A stretch of 64,000 bases of DNA from Piromyces finnis finn (GCA_002104945.1 MCFH01000040.1:186001-250000); one strand, 5' to 3'. Positions 42,633 to 54,362 are shown, counted from the first letter of the stretch. Made by a program: numbers and translations. Notes: a model not told the origin generated them from the letters alone.

Positions 42633-45600
42633 CTAATGTGAATTATTAAAGTTTTTAATTAGTTCATCGCAGTTTAAATTACTTTCAGGTTCCCAAGATG
42701 CTTCTGAAAGCGGATAACCTTTCCATTTTATTAGATATTGAATCTTCCCATAATGCTTTCTTTTATCAAGTATTTCTTCTACTTCGTATTCTTCTTCTTC
42801 ATTTACTATTATAGGTGGAGGTGGATCTTTGATTCTTCCAAAACTATCTTCATAATACGGTTCTAGGTTTGAAACATGAACAATTGGGTAAATCTTCAGC
42901 GATTTTGGTAATTCTAATTTATAAGTGAGATTAGAGATTTTACTAATTATCCTAAACGGGCCAAGTTTCCTAGGATTAAATTTTTTATTTCCTTTATGAA
43001 TTATCAAGGAGCTATCCAACCATACTTTGTCACCAGTCTTGAATGTCGGAGGTTCTTGTCTATACTTGTCGGCATATTTCTTTTGAACTTGGATGGCCTT
43101 CTTTAAGTTTTCTTTTAGTTTCTCCATTAGGTCTTCAAAGTCTCTTGTAAACTCTTCAGCTCTTGGAACATTCGTTTGGTCAGGAATTACCGGAGAGTAT
43201 TTTGGGTGATAACCATAATTTAGGAAGAATGGTGAGAATTTTGTTGAGTCTTGAACAGCATTATTGTAACTGAATTCTGCCAATGGAAGAAAGTTGATCC
43301 AGTTTGTTCCTTTATAATTAGAAAAGCATCTTAAATATTGTTCAACAACGGAGTTTACCCTCTCCGTTTGGCCATTGGATTGATGATGATATGGTGAAGA
43401 ATATTTAACATTGACGTCCAAAGATTGACAAATAGATTTCCAAAATTTCGAAGTGAATTGCGCGCCTCTATCGGAAATAATTTCAGAGGGGAGACCGTGA
43501 ATTTTGAAAATATAATTCAAAAAAGCAAAAGCAGTATCAGAAGCAGAAGGAATACCTTTAAAGGGAATGAGGTGGCACATTTTAGTAAGGCGGTCAACTA
43601 CAACAAGAATAGTGTTAAATCCATCCGAAGGAGGGAGGTCAGTAATGAAATCCATAGAAATAGAAGCCCAAGGATGGTCACTAATCTCAAGGGGTTGAAG
43701 TAAACCATATGGTTTATGACGAGAAGGCTTGGAGCGGCAACAAATCTCGCAAGATCGGATATAATTCTTAACATCAATAGAAATGGATGGCCACCAAAAG
43801 TCACGAGAGATCAAAGAAATAGTTTTGCGGATACCAAAATGACCGGCAGAGGGGGAATCATGACAGAGTTTCAAAACGGAGGGACGGCATTTTAAAGGGA
43901 CATAGATTCTACTATCAAAAAGAAGAAAACTATTACTAAGGGAGAATTTATTACTTTGTGGATGTGGAGCTGGGAGATTCTTATTTTCAAGAAAATTGCA
44001 AATGTCAATGTAAAAAGAGTCGTTCACATATTCAGATAATATTTCATCATTAAGAGAAGAAATGGAACAAATCAAAGCGCAGAAATTCTCAGGGCGTAAA
44101 ACCGAAAAAGGAGCATCAGAAGGAAGAGAGGAATCCATATAATCAGGTCTTCGTGAAAGCGCATCAGGTTTACCATTAGATGAACCAGAGCGGTAGAGAA
44201 TTTTAAAGTTAAATTCGGAAAGGAAAAGGGCCCAACGAACAAGACGTTGTGACATTTTTTCCGGTTTCTTTTGATATAGTAAGTTTCGATGATCTGAATA
44301 AATAGTAAACGGGGTTAAAGCACCTTTGAGAAAATGTCGCCAAGTTTCAAGAGCATTAACAATAGCTAAAAGTTCTTTATCGTATATAGGATAGTTTCTT
44401 TCAGCGGAAGTAAGAGATCTTGAATAGAAAGCGACAGGATGGATCATTTTATCATCAGGAGATTTTTGAGACAGAACTGCTCCTATAGCAAAGTTGCTAG
44501 AGTCGGTTTCAACAATAAAGGGAAGATCACGATTTGGGTGAGACAGGATGGGAGCAGATGAAATTAATGATTTAATGGTATTAAATGCATCAAGAGCTTC
44601 AGAGGAAAAATCAAATTTAACGTTTTTACGAAGTAGTCTGTGAAGGGGTTGTGCAACTTTGGCAAAATTAGGAATAAACCGACGATAGTAGTTGGCTAGG
44701 CCAATAAAAGATTGAACTTCCTTGACACTGGACGGAACTGGCCAATTAATAATAGCAGAAACTTTATTGGGGTCCATATGTATACCTTCAGAGGATATCC
44801 GATGACCAAGGAAATCAATAGAGGAAACAAAGAATTCACACTTTTCAAGCTTAGCATAAAGACCAGCATTTCTTAAGCGATCCAGGACTTCGATAACGTG
44901 CTTAATGTGGGATTTATGGTTTTCAGAAAAAATAATTAAATCGTCAATATATGAATAAACAAAAATCCCTAGAATATTTTCCAGAACATCATTGATAAAA
45001 TGCTGAAAAACAGCCGGGGCGTTTTTCAGTCCGAATGGCATTACCAGGTATTCAAAGTGGCCGAATTTGCAGGTGAAAGCTGTTTTATATTCATCACCCT
45101 TTTTGATTCGGACCAAATTATATGCTGATCGTAAATCCAATTTTGAGAAGATTTTCGCTTTACCAAGATGCTCTAGCATATCTTGAATCAGAGGTAGAGG
45201 ATAGGAATCTCTAATGGTAATTTTGTTGAGTTCCCTATAATCTTGACAAAGACGGAGTTCACCATTCTTTTTAGGAACGAAAAGTACAGGCGCACCAGCA
45301 GGAGATTTGGATTTCCTAATGAAACCCTTTTTGAGGTTTTCATCGATATAATCCTTCAAAACTCTTGTTTCTTCGTCTGTTAGTGGGTAGATTGGTCCAT
45401 AAAATAGCTTGGCATTTTCGATTAGGTTTATTTGGCAATCATAAGGACGATGAGGTGGTAATTGAGCAGCAGAAGATTCGCTAAAGACGTCCATATATGA
45501 TTCTAATTCCTTCGGAAGTTTAGTAGTAGGATTTGAGTCTTTAAAAGAGTTTTTTGGTGAACAAGAATCAACTTTAGAAAGAGATATATTAGAAGCCATG

Positions 45601-46997
45601 ACAGTACAAGTCTCTTGTGATAAAGGATCGTTAACAGATTCATTGTTAATTAAGACAGATTTAGAACGATTTTCTTTGGGATTACGAGAATGAGATAACT
45701 TAGAATTTGAAAAAGAAGATTTAGGTTTGTCAATAAAAATAGGCAAAGAAACGGAAGAAGAGTTATTGCAATCAGTAGAAAAAACAGAAGTTTCCTGATG
45801 GAATTCGGGAACATTCGAAGGGAGAGTCATACAATGATCCAAGCAATATGAAGAACCAAAGGATAATTTATTATTTTCAAAGTCAATACTTGGATTATGT
45901 TCCTTAAGCCAACGTAGACCTAGAATACAAGGATATACAGGTAGATCAGTAACGTAAAAGACAGTACGGCATAGGTGATCCATGTAGCGAAGATTAAGAA
46001 GTGGAGTAACTCCGAACAGTTTTTGGCTACCACCAATACCGAATACGTTGGGTAAATCTTCTTCATAGTGGTAGGGAATATTGTGATCGTTGCAATAGTC
46101 GACATCTATTAGATTAAGTGTAGAACCGGAGTCTATAAGAATTTTTGTGTCTAGTTCAAACGATAATTTAAAATTTGAGGTTACCCTATCTTGTTGATTT
46201 TTCTTGGAATTGGTAGAATTATTTTGTAGAGAAACTAAAGATTCGAATGCTGAGTTTTTATTTCTTCTCTTATGACAATCTTTCAGTTGGTGTCCTGGAG
46301 ATCCACAATAGACACATAAGTTTTCCTTACTTCTTCTTTCTTTTTCTTCCTTGGATAACGGACCAAAGTATCTTTTCTTCTTGGGATGTTCTTTTAGATT
46401 TGTGGAAGCCTTTCTGGAGCCATTGCTGGAATTAGAACTTGGTCCCTTAGTATTTTTGTCAAAAAATAATCCCCTGGTAGCAAGTCTGGAGTCTATTCTA
46501 GCTGCAATAGTTTGGAGGGAAAACAAATCTCTTGGTCCTGGGAACATCTCTAATATCTTCATTGCAACTTCTTGGTTGAGCCCAGCGATAAAAGCATCCA
46601 TCTTAGCCTCTTCATTCCAGTTAGATTCATCAGAGTATTTGTTAAATTCAAGGATGTATCCTCTGATGCCGCCCAAACGATGTTGCTTGAGAGTACGTAG
46701 CATTTGATTGGCTACGTAGACTGCATCATTGTTCCCGTAGAATGCCTTTAGTCTTTCCTTGAATGCTTGGTAGTTGGTCAGACATGGATCATGGTTGTCA
46801 ATAAGCGTAGCGGCCCAATTTAATGCATTTCCATAAAGGCGAGAAATCAGGTAGATAACCTTGCTCTCTTCATCTTGATATCTTTCGGGATAAAGGAGAA
46901 AAACAAGTTCTATTTTGGCTAAGAAACCTTTGAGATATTTTCTGTCTCCTGCGAAACCGTCTTTTAGTGAGGCGTTATCAAATATTTGTCCTTCCAT
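42633..46997 (-). CDS. Gag-Pol polyprotein of element A (gag, CCHC, PR, RT, RNase H, IN, chromodomain), 1454 aa
   Basis: CVYCGSPGHQLKDC; LIDSGS; YIDD; ETDSSNFAIGAVL; [10 protein letters not shown]...CEIC; [18 protein letters not shown]; [10 protein letters not shown]...YLIKWKGY...SWEP. Confidence 0.97.
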   Translation of the reverse strand: MEGQIFDNASLKDGFAGDRKYLKGFLAKIELVFLLYPERYQDEESKVIYLISRLYGNALNWAATLIDNHDPCLTNYQAFKERLKAFYGNNDAVYVANQMLRTLKQHRLGGIRGYILEFNKYSDESNWNEEAKMDAFIAGLNQEVAMKILEMFPGPRDLFSLQTIAARIDSRLATRGLFFDKNTKGPSSNSSNGSRKASTNLKEHPKKKRYFGPLSKEEKERRSKENLCVYCGSPGHQLKDCHKRRNKNSAFESLVSLQNNSTNSKKNQQDRVTSNFKLSFELDTKILIDSGSTLNLIDVDYCNDHNIPYHYEEDLPNVFGIGGSQKLFGVTPLLNLRYMDHLCRTVFYVTDLPVYPCILGLRWLKEHNPSIDFENNKLSFGSSYCLDHCMTLPSNVPEFHQETSVFSTDCNNSSSVSLPIFIDKPKSSFSNSKLSHSRNPKENRSKSVLINNESVNDPLSQETCTVMASNISLSKVDSCSPKNSFKDSNPTTKLPKELESYMDVFSESSAAQLPPHRPYDCQINLIENAKLFYGPIYPLTDEETRVLKDYIDENLKKGFIRKSKSPAGAPVLFVPKKNGELRLCQDYRELNKITIRDSYPLPLIQDMLEHLGKAKIFSKLDLRSAYNLVRIKKGDEYKTAFTCKFGHFEYLVMPFGLKNAPAVFQHFINDVLENILGIFVYSYIDDLIIFSENHKSHIKHVIEVLDRLRNAGLYAKLEKCEFFVSSIDFLGHRISSEGIHMDPNKVSAIINWPVPSSVKEVQSFIGLANYYRRFIPNFAKVAQPLHRLLRKNVKFDFSSEALDAFNTIKSLISSAPILSHPNRDLPFIVETDSSNFAIGAVLSQKSPDDKMIHPVAFYSRSLTSAERNYPIYDKELLAIVNALETWRHFLKGALTPFTIYSDHRNLLYQKKPEKMSQRLVRWALFLSEFNFKILYRSGSSNGKPDALSRRPDYMDSSLPSDAPFSVLRPENFCALICSISSLNDEILSEYVNDSFYIDICNFLENKNLPAPHPQSNKFSLSNSFLLFDSRIYVPLKCRPSVLKLCHDSPSAGHFGIRKTISLISRDFWWPSISIDVKNYIRSCEICCRSKPSRHKPYGLLQPLEISDHPWASISMDFITDLPPSDGFNTILVVVDRLTKMCHLIPFKGIPSASDTAFAFLNYIFKIHGLPSEIISDRGAQFTSKFWKSICQSLDVNVKYSSPYHHQSNGQTERVNSVVEQYLRCFSNYKGTNWINFLPLAEFSYNNAVQDSTKFSPFFLNYGYHPKYSPVIPDQTNVPRAEEFTRDFEDLMEKLKENLKKAIQVQKKYADKYRQEPPTFKTGDKVWLDSSLIIHKGNKKFNPRKLGPFRIISKISNLTYKLELPKSLKIYPIVHVSNLEPYYEDSFGRIKDPPPPIIVNEEEEYEVEEILDKRKHYGKIQYLIKWKGYPLSEASWEPESNLNCDELIKNFNNSH

Positions 46998-47699
46998 TAA
47001 AATTAAAAAAATATAATTGTTTGAAAATAAAAATTATGTAAATAAGATAAAGTTATGTTTGAAGAAATTAAGAAAGAAAAAAAAAATTAAATCTTTATTA
47101 TTATTTATTGATTAAAATATTTTAAATATAGACAAAGAGTCAAATTAAATAGTATTGGACCATCAAATATTTAATTTTATTAGTATTCAATACTAGGTCC
47201 CTTGTAGCTCTTTGTTGATAACGTAGATATTATCAATTGTTAATATTGGAAATGAAAATTTTCAATAAAAGGAATTAACGGTATTAGTTTCTTTATTGTC
47301 ACTTACTTAATTAAGCGGAAAGAAAAAAAATAGGTTTAATTCCCCGATTATTAATAATATCTAAACAACAAAGTATTACGTATAGGTGTCCAACTATCCA
47401 CGCTAAGGGAGGTATTGAATCCTAACTTCTTTGTTATTTTAATATTTTTTCAAAAATAATAAATAAAATTTAATTTTATTTATTAAAAGTAGAAAACGTT
47501 TTATTAGAAAATGAATTTTTTCTTTATTATTAAATTAAGCGTCCTGGCGCTCCCCTTATAATAACTGTGGGTTTTACTTTTGTTTTCAGTACCCTTATTG
47601 TTAAAATAAGCTTCACTGACTTACTTAATTTTTTAATAAATTAAAAATTCTTCCTTTTTTAAACACTAAGGTGTTATTATATATTTTAGGAGTTTTTAT

Positions 47700-48110
47700 T
47701 GTAAAGAACTAATGTTCAATAAATAAAAACACAAATATATAAAAAGGAAAATAATAAAAGCAAATAAAAATTTTATTATTGAACACTTAACAAAATTATA
47801 ACAGGTTAGTGTTTAATAATTTTATTTTTATTATAAAATTTCTTTGTTAATAAAAACTCGAATTCCAAATAATTTTTTGAGAAATTTCACTCGTATTTAT
47901 ATAAATGTTTTTAAAAGTAAATTTATAAAAATTTTACAACTTAATTTTTTAAGCCAATCAGAAATTATCTTCTTTGGTAAAATTTCGTTATAAAATATTT
48001 TAATAAAAAAAAAAAAAAGATATTAATGAGGTTTCGAACTCGAGTAGTTCAAACCAAGGTCTTAGTTACTAACCACTAAGACAGGTTACTAATTTCTATG
48101 ATTCGTTACA
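47700..48110 (-). repeat. 5' LTR of element A
   Basis: Identical to 41980-42390; followed on the minus strand by ATAAAAACTCC instead of a TGG tRNA primer-binding site (PBS). Confidence 0.97.
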
Positions 48111-49083
48111 AAAACCCTAAGAAACTATATTCATCCTGATGGTACTGAAACTGTCGAATATTTTCTGAACCAAGCTATAAATAAAATAAACTTTCTCATT
48201 TATCTTAACAGCAGTATTGATTATAACAGAAGTATCAATGCAAATGATGATCTAATGGACATCGACTTCATTAATAGAAGTGAGAAGGATATTTCTTATA
48301 TATCTAAAAATAAGAATAAAAATTATTGTAAAAGTTTTATAAATGTAAAACAGATTATAAAATTTTTTACAATAAAACAACAACACAAAATAAAGAAAAA
48401 ACAAGAAAATAAATTATATTAAAAAAATATCTCTTTTATTAATTTTATTTAGTTATTAACTAAATAATAGTCAATAACAATTACATCGTTTTAATCAAGA
48501 AGTTTTACATGTATTTATATTTTTTGTAAATTATATTTTAATATACTATTCTATTTAATTATACATATATTCAATATAAAATAAACAAAACTAATTTAAT
48601 ACTAATTTAATTAAATAATAAAATAATAAAACTAAACTAAAACTAATTAAATACACTTTTGATTCAATTTGAGTAAACTGCAAATTGAATACAGTCCATG
48701 TATTATCTATATATTAATTAAATATTAATAATACTATTTATTATATATTTATAATTAAAAATACTAATTTAAAACTACGCTAAAGTTATTAAACTAATTT
48801 TAATTAAATAAAAACTTTTTAAGATTTAATTTGAATATTTAAAATATTTAAATTTAATTATCCATTAATTTAAATATTTATCCAAATTTCATTTCTAACT
48901 TTGATATTTTAAAATTAATATTTATTTAATTATTCCATAAAATTTATACAATAAATTTTATAAACAATTTTTTCATTAAAATATCAAAATTATTATTCAA
49001 TAATTATTAATTAATTATTAAATAATTTAAAGATATACTTTATATCTTTACAATCTCGCCCTTTAAGTCGAGCTCCTGCGAGA

Positions 49084-52000
49084 TTATTTCTTTGAAGGAA
49101 TATCAATTACAAATGGTTGATATCTATGTCTGATCATACCATTGTTATTCCTTGTATAAACTTGATCTTGACTTTCTTTTCTAGACTTTTTATTTTTCCT
49201 ATAAAATTCTTGGATCAATTGTACATCTGAAATTTGATCTTCCGGGATCCAAGTATTTTCGTCAAGATTTTTCCATGTCATCAAGAAAGATTTCTTTCCA
49301 TGATAATTTCTTTCTTGAATAATCTTATCAGGAATCCTATCAATAGTATCAGTAGTTAACTTAATATTTTTTCTTTTATTTATTACTGATCTATTTATAA
49401 ATTCATTTTCGTTATAAGGTTCTAATAACGAGACATGAAAAACAGGGTGGCAACGTAAATTATTTGGCAACTTTAATTCAAATGCTAAAGGACTTACCTT
49501 CTTGATTATTTCAAAAGGTCCGAGCATTTGATCAGCAAGTTTTCTTTTAACATTTTTGTTTGAAGGATTAATACCTTTTAATAACCAAACTTTTTTACCA
49601 ACTTCGAAATTTGGGGATTCCATTCTCTTTTGATCAGCATACTTTTTGTAGGTTTCTTTTGCTTGATCAAGATTTTCTTTCAAAAATTTAATGTTTTCAT
49701 TAATATCCAAAATTCTTTGTTCAGCTCTATTTGGTCTATTCGCTGAAGGAATTTCAGGATTGAATTTTGGATTGAACCCATAATTAGCGAAAAACGGAGA
49801 TTGATTGATTGATTGCTGTAAAGTATTGTTATAAGCAAATTCAGCAAAAGGTAACAAATCAACCCAGTTATTCTGTTTTTCGTTAATAAAACAACGGAGA
49901 TATTGTTCCAATATCCCGTTCATCCTCTCCGTTTGACCATCAGTTTCAGGATGGTTTGCAGTAGAGAAAGCAAGTTTAATATTTAACAAATTACATAAGC
50001 GATTCCAAAAGTCTGAAGTAAATTGAGTACCTCGATCAGAAATGATAGAATCAGGAAAACCATGTAATTTAAAGATATTGTTAACAAAAACATCAGCTGC
50101 TATAGAAGCAGTAGGCAGACATCTTAAAGGAATAAAATGAGCCATTTTTGTTAACCTATCAACTACAACCATAATGGTGGTCATGTCTTTGGATTTTGGA
50201 AGCTCGACAATAAAATCCATTGACAATTCCGACCAAGCTCTATTAGGCGTGGAAAGAGGAGAAAGCAAACCATATGGTTTATGTCTTGGAAATTTAGCTT
50301 TACAACAAGTTTCACAAGACTTTATAAATTTTTTAACATCATAACTAAATTTTGGCCACCAAAAATTTCTACTAATTAATTCAATAGTTTTATTAACACC
50401 AAAGTGACCAGCAGAAATAGAATCATGATGTGATTCTAAGACCCTAGTTCTTAATGAAGAAGGAACATAAATTAAATTATCGTAAAGTAAAAATCCTTCT
50501 TTATCAATTTTAACTTTATTAATATTCCTAATCGGAGGGGACAAAGAATTTTTTTCATTTAAAAATACACAAACTTTATTATATAAATCATCATTTTTTA
50601 AAGAACATAAAATAGAATTGATTAAAGAATCATCTTTATTAAAAGTATTAATTACATTACATGAAATAAAATTACAACTAAAATTACTACATTCAATGTT
50701 TTTATTAATTCTATTATTATTACTATCATTACAAATGTGATCACTACGTCTGGATAACAAATCAGGTTTGCCACACTTTTTTCCAGCCCTATATATTAAC
50801 TTAAAATCAAATCTAGATAAGAATTCATACCATCTTATCTGTCTTTGTGAGAGCATTTCAGGCTTTCTTGGGAAAGTTAAATTCTTATGATCAGTATAAA
50901 TGACGAACTGATGCTTTGCACCTTCCAGATAGTGTCTTCATTCTTCGAGAGCCACTTTGATAGCGAGCAACTCTTTATCATAAATTTGATAATTTCTTTG
51001 AGACTTGGTTAAGCTAGATGAAATAAAAGCAATAGGGTGCAATTGCCCTTCAAACTCTTGTGAAAGAATTGCACCGACTGCAAAGTTACTAGCGTCAGTC
51101 TCAACAATAAAAGGTTTGTTGCTATCAGGGTTCATTAAAATAGGAGCAGAAGTAAAAGCCTTTTTAAGTATAACAAATGCATTTTGACACTCAGAAGCCC
51201 AATTAAAAGGAACATTTTTCCTAGTAAGTTTATGTAAAGGACTTGCGATTTTTGCAAAGTCTTTAATAAAAATTCTATAATAATTGCATAATCCAATAAA
51301 AGATTGGACTTCTTTAACATTTGTAGGAACAGGCCAGTCGAGGATAGCTTTAACTTTATCTCTATCCATTTTCAAACCATCTTTGGATAATACATAACCA
51401 AAAAAAGTGGTTTCTGAAACATCAAACTCACACTTCTCTAACTTTACATATAAATTATTTTCTAATAATTTTTCCAATACTTTTTTAACATGTTCATGAT
51501 GCTCTTCTAGACTATTTGAGTATATTAGAATATCATCAATATATGATATAGCAAAATCATCCAAATAATCACTAAGGACATCATTTATGAAATGTTGGAA
51601 AGTAGCTGGTGCATTCTTTAAACCAAAAGGCATGACGAGATATTCAAAATGCCCATATCTTGTTCTAAAGGCAGTTTTGTATTCATCACCCTCTTTGATT
51701 CTTACTAAATTATAAGCAGACTTTAAGTCCAATTTAGTAAAGTACTTTGCACCCTTCACTCTATCCAATAAGTCACCAATTAATGGAAGAGGATATGAAT
51801 TTCTAATGGTCATATCATTAAGTTTCCTATAATCAACGCATAGTCTTAATGACCCATCTTTCTTTTTGACAAATAAAACTGGTGCTCCGGCAGGAGATGT
51901 AGATTTCCTAATGAAACCTTTTTCCAAATTTTCTTTAATATAACATTTTAATTCATCTCTCTCTGCCTCAGTTAAAGGATAAAGAGGACCATAAAACAAG

Positions 52001-53922
52001 TTAGAATTATCCTTTAATCTGATTTCACAATCGTATTCACGATGTGGAGGTAAAATATTACAATTCTTTTCATTAAAAACCTCTTTAAATAATAAATATT
52101 GATTTGGGATTTCAACAGATTTTTTATCTTTATTTAAATTATTATTTTCAGTTTTACATTTATTAATAATATTACAAGATAAATCATTACAGTTACTAAC
52201 GGAATTTAATACACAAAAATTGTTATTATTAATCACTTCTTTTGAAAATGAGTATTGTTTTGGTCCAGTGACCGAATTATTATCTTTATTTAAATTATCA
52301 TCAATACAATTAATATTATTACATGTACATTTAAAATTACAATTATTATTATTATTATTATTATTATTGCTATTTAAACTATCACTAAATTTAATTTTAT
52401 TACAACTATCTAAGTTACTAATGGTTTTAACGGAGGTTCTACGGCCCCTGATATTAACAGTTTCTTCGTCATCACTAGAGTTACAACAAAAGGATTCGTC
52501 ATAGTCGGAAAAACCACGGTCAATGCAAGAGGATTGTTCATTTTCGTTATCCAAGGCAGCTTCTTTCCCTTTTCTTGATGATGACATCGATTTCTTATCC
52601 ATATTGGTTGTACCCTTATTTCTCCTTTTGCCTACATTACAGTGTCGAGCACAGTATCCGGAGCTAAAGGCAATTTTTGAGGAATCATGATAATAAACTG
52701 GACAATGTTTCTCAATCCAAGGTACTCCAAGAATAACATCGACTTCGGGAATCCTTAACGAGTACAGTTGAATTACTTCGTAATGGTTCCTTAAACGGAG
52801 AATACAATTTTCGGATTCTTTTCTAACAGTGGAATTACCTTGACCAAGACCAGAAACCTTAAAAGGATTCCTGATATTGTAAAGCTTAATGTTATTAATT
52901 CTCGCAAATTCAGGATGAATAAAATTTAAATCAGAGCCGGAATCAATAAGGACTTTGACTTTCACTTCTTCCATATCGTTTGTTTTTATATAAAAATCGA
53001 TGATGTTCTTCTTTTCACTTTTGTGTATTTTATATAAGTTTGAATCATTCTCAGTAACATCTTTGGTTGGTCTAATTCTTTTGACTGAAGGGGTTGAAGA
53101 ACTGGCTTCTTCTTCGGAGATAGTCCTTTTAATAATCTTAACACTCTTAGGCTTTTTCCTGTTTGGACAATTGAACTGCATGTGTCCAGACTTCCCACAA
53201 GAAAAACAAACCCCTTTTTTCTTTAAATCCGATCTAGTAGTAGAAGGTTCAACGTAATTACTTCTGTGAGATGGGAAGTAATTTACGTTTCGTTGACCCT
53301 TGCTAATCCTATATAGGTCAACATCCATTGGATCGTCACGATTATAATTTCTTCTATCTTGGTGCGTCATATAATATTCGCTGATGTCATTTCTCTTAGT
53401 AAGATTTTCTATGCTAAGGACATCAGAGTAGAGACGCTCTAGCTGAGTAGGATTTGGGTTGACTATTGCTAAATGTTCACGCATTTTTGGATGTAAGCCC
53501 TTTGTGAACATATATATCTTCGCTGCTTCATTGAAATTAGAGTTTTGGCTAACGCGTTGAAATTCATTAATATATTCAAACACTTTGCCAAACTTTCTTT
53601 GTTTTATGTTGCAAAGTCTTCCATTTGCAACAATTGTGTCATTATTGGGATCTCCGAAATTGGTACGAAGGGCAGCAATAAATTGATCATAGTTTCTTAG
53701 AATGGCGTCGTTGTTCTGTCGTAAACGAGCGGCCCATTCTAAAGGTCTGTTAACAAAGTAAGATATTAAGAAGCGAACTCTCGCTTCATCATTAGCGGAT
53801 CTATCAGGGTTGGCTTCAATGGCTAGTTCAACCCTGGTCAAGAACCCATCTAGTTCTTGTCTTCTTCCTGAGAAAGTTGGAGGATCATTAACTATCCTCA
53901 AAGACGCCCCTTGACGGTCCAT
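49084..53922 (-). pseudogene. Gag-Pol of element B interrupted by a single in-frame TGA (50938-50940) in RNase H
   Basis: LEE*RHYLEGAKHQF where W is expected. The ORFs 50938-53922 and 49084-50856 are in the same frame; CCHC, LIDSGS, YIDD, integrase and a degenerate chromodomain are all present. Confidence 0.9.
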
Positions 53923-54188
53923 ATTTCCGTTTAAGTGGAGGTTAGATAAAAGTTGGTTTATTTCTTCCAGTATGTTTAATATTTACTTATTTAATTTTTT
54001 ACAATATTTTAATTAAGATGTCGTCGTAACTCTATCCTATCAAACGGTGTTAGACGAGCTCTTAAAAATATTATAACAAAATTAAATATAATAAATATTT
54101 GGAAGACCTTTGAGTAACAGGCACTAGATTAACAAATCCTCAGAAAGTACGATAAAACTCCAAAACGCGCTAGATTTTCCTATATATA

Positions 54189-54362
54189 CGGTAGATATTC
54201 TTGAAAACGCGGTAGATATTCCTTTAGACGCGGTAGGTAACCTTGAAAACACGGTAGATAATCCTTAATACGCAGTAGATAACCTTGAAAACACGGTAGA
54301 TAATCCTTAATACGCAGTAGACAACCTTGAAAACACGGTAGATATTCCTTTAAACGCGGTAG
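54189..54362. repeat. 21-bp tandem repeat (about 8.3 units, alternating 42-bp higher order) in the 5' UTR of element B
   Basis: Units alternate between CGGTAGATAWTCCTTWAxACG-like and CRGTAGRYAACCTTGAAAACA-like. Confidence 0.92.

Larger units (their letters stand above)
41980..48110 (-). mobile_element. Element A: full-length Ty3/gypsy chromovirus (6,131 bp)
   Basis: Identical 411-bp TG...CA LTRs (41980-42390, 47700-48110), 5-bp TSD AAAAC (41975-41979, 48111-48115), PPT GGAGGAGGACCA and a single intact gag-pol ORF. Confidence 0.97.
41450..48326 (+). pseudogene. Ty1/copia-like gag (UBN2/Retrotran_gag_2 type), split by element A and truncated by element B
   Basis: LNKDNFEEWEFLINNIL...SAYDIMKKLKSMYG with an in-frame TAA at 41942. 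The frame resumes across the AAAAC TSD (FPKT|LRNYIHPDG...MDIDF...KNYC) at 48116-48326. Confidence 0.75.

Noticed and set aside
43425-46707. Short overlapping or antisense ORFs in element A, and similar ones in B, D, E, GH45 and TIS11
   Set aside because: They are shadow frames of real CDSs with no recognisable motifs.
54189-54362. CRISPR-like array
   Set aside because: Contiguous tandem units with no unique spacers, a eukaryotic retroelement context and no cas genes.
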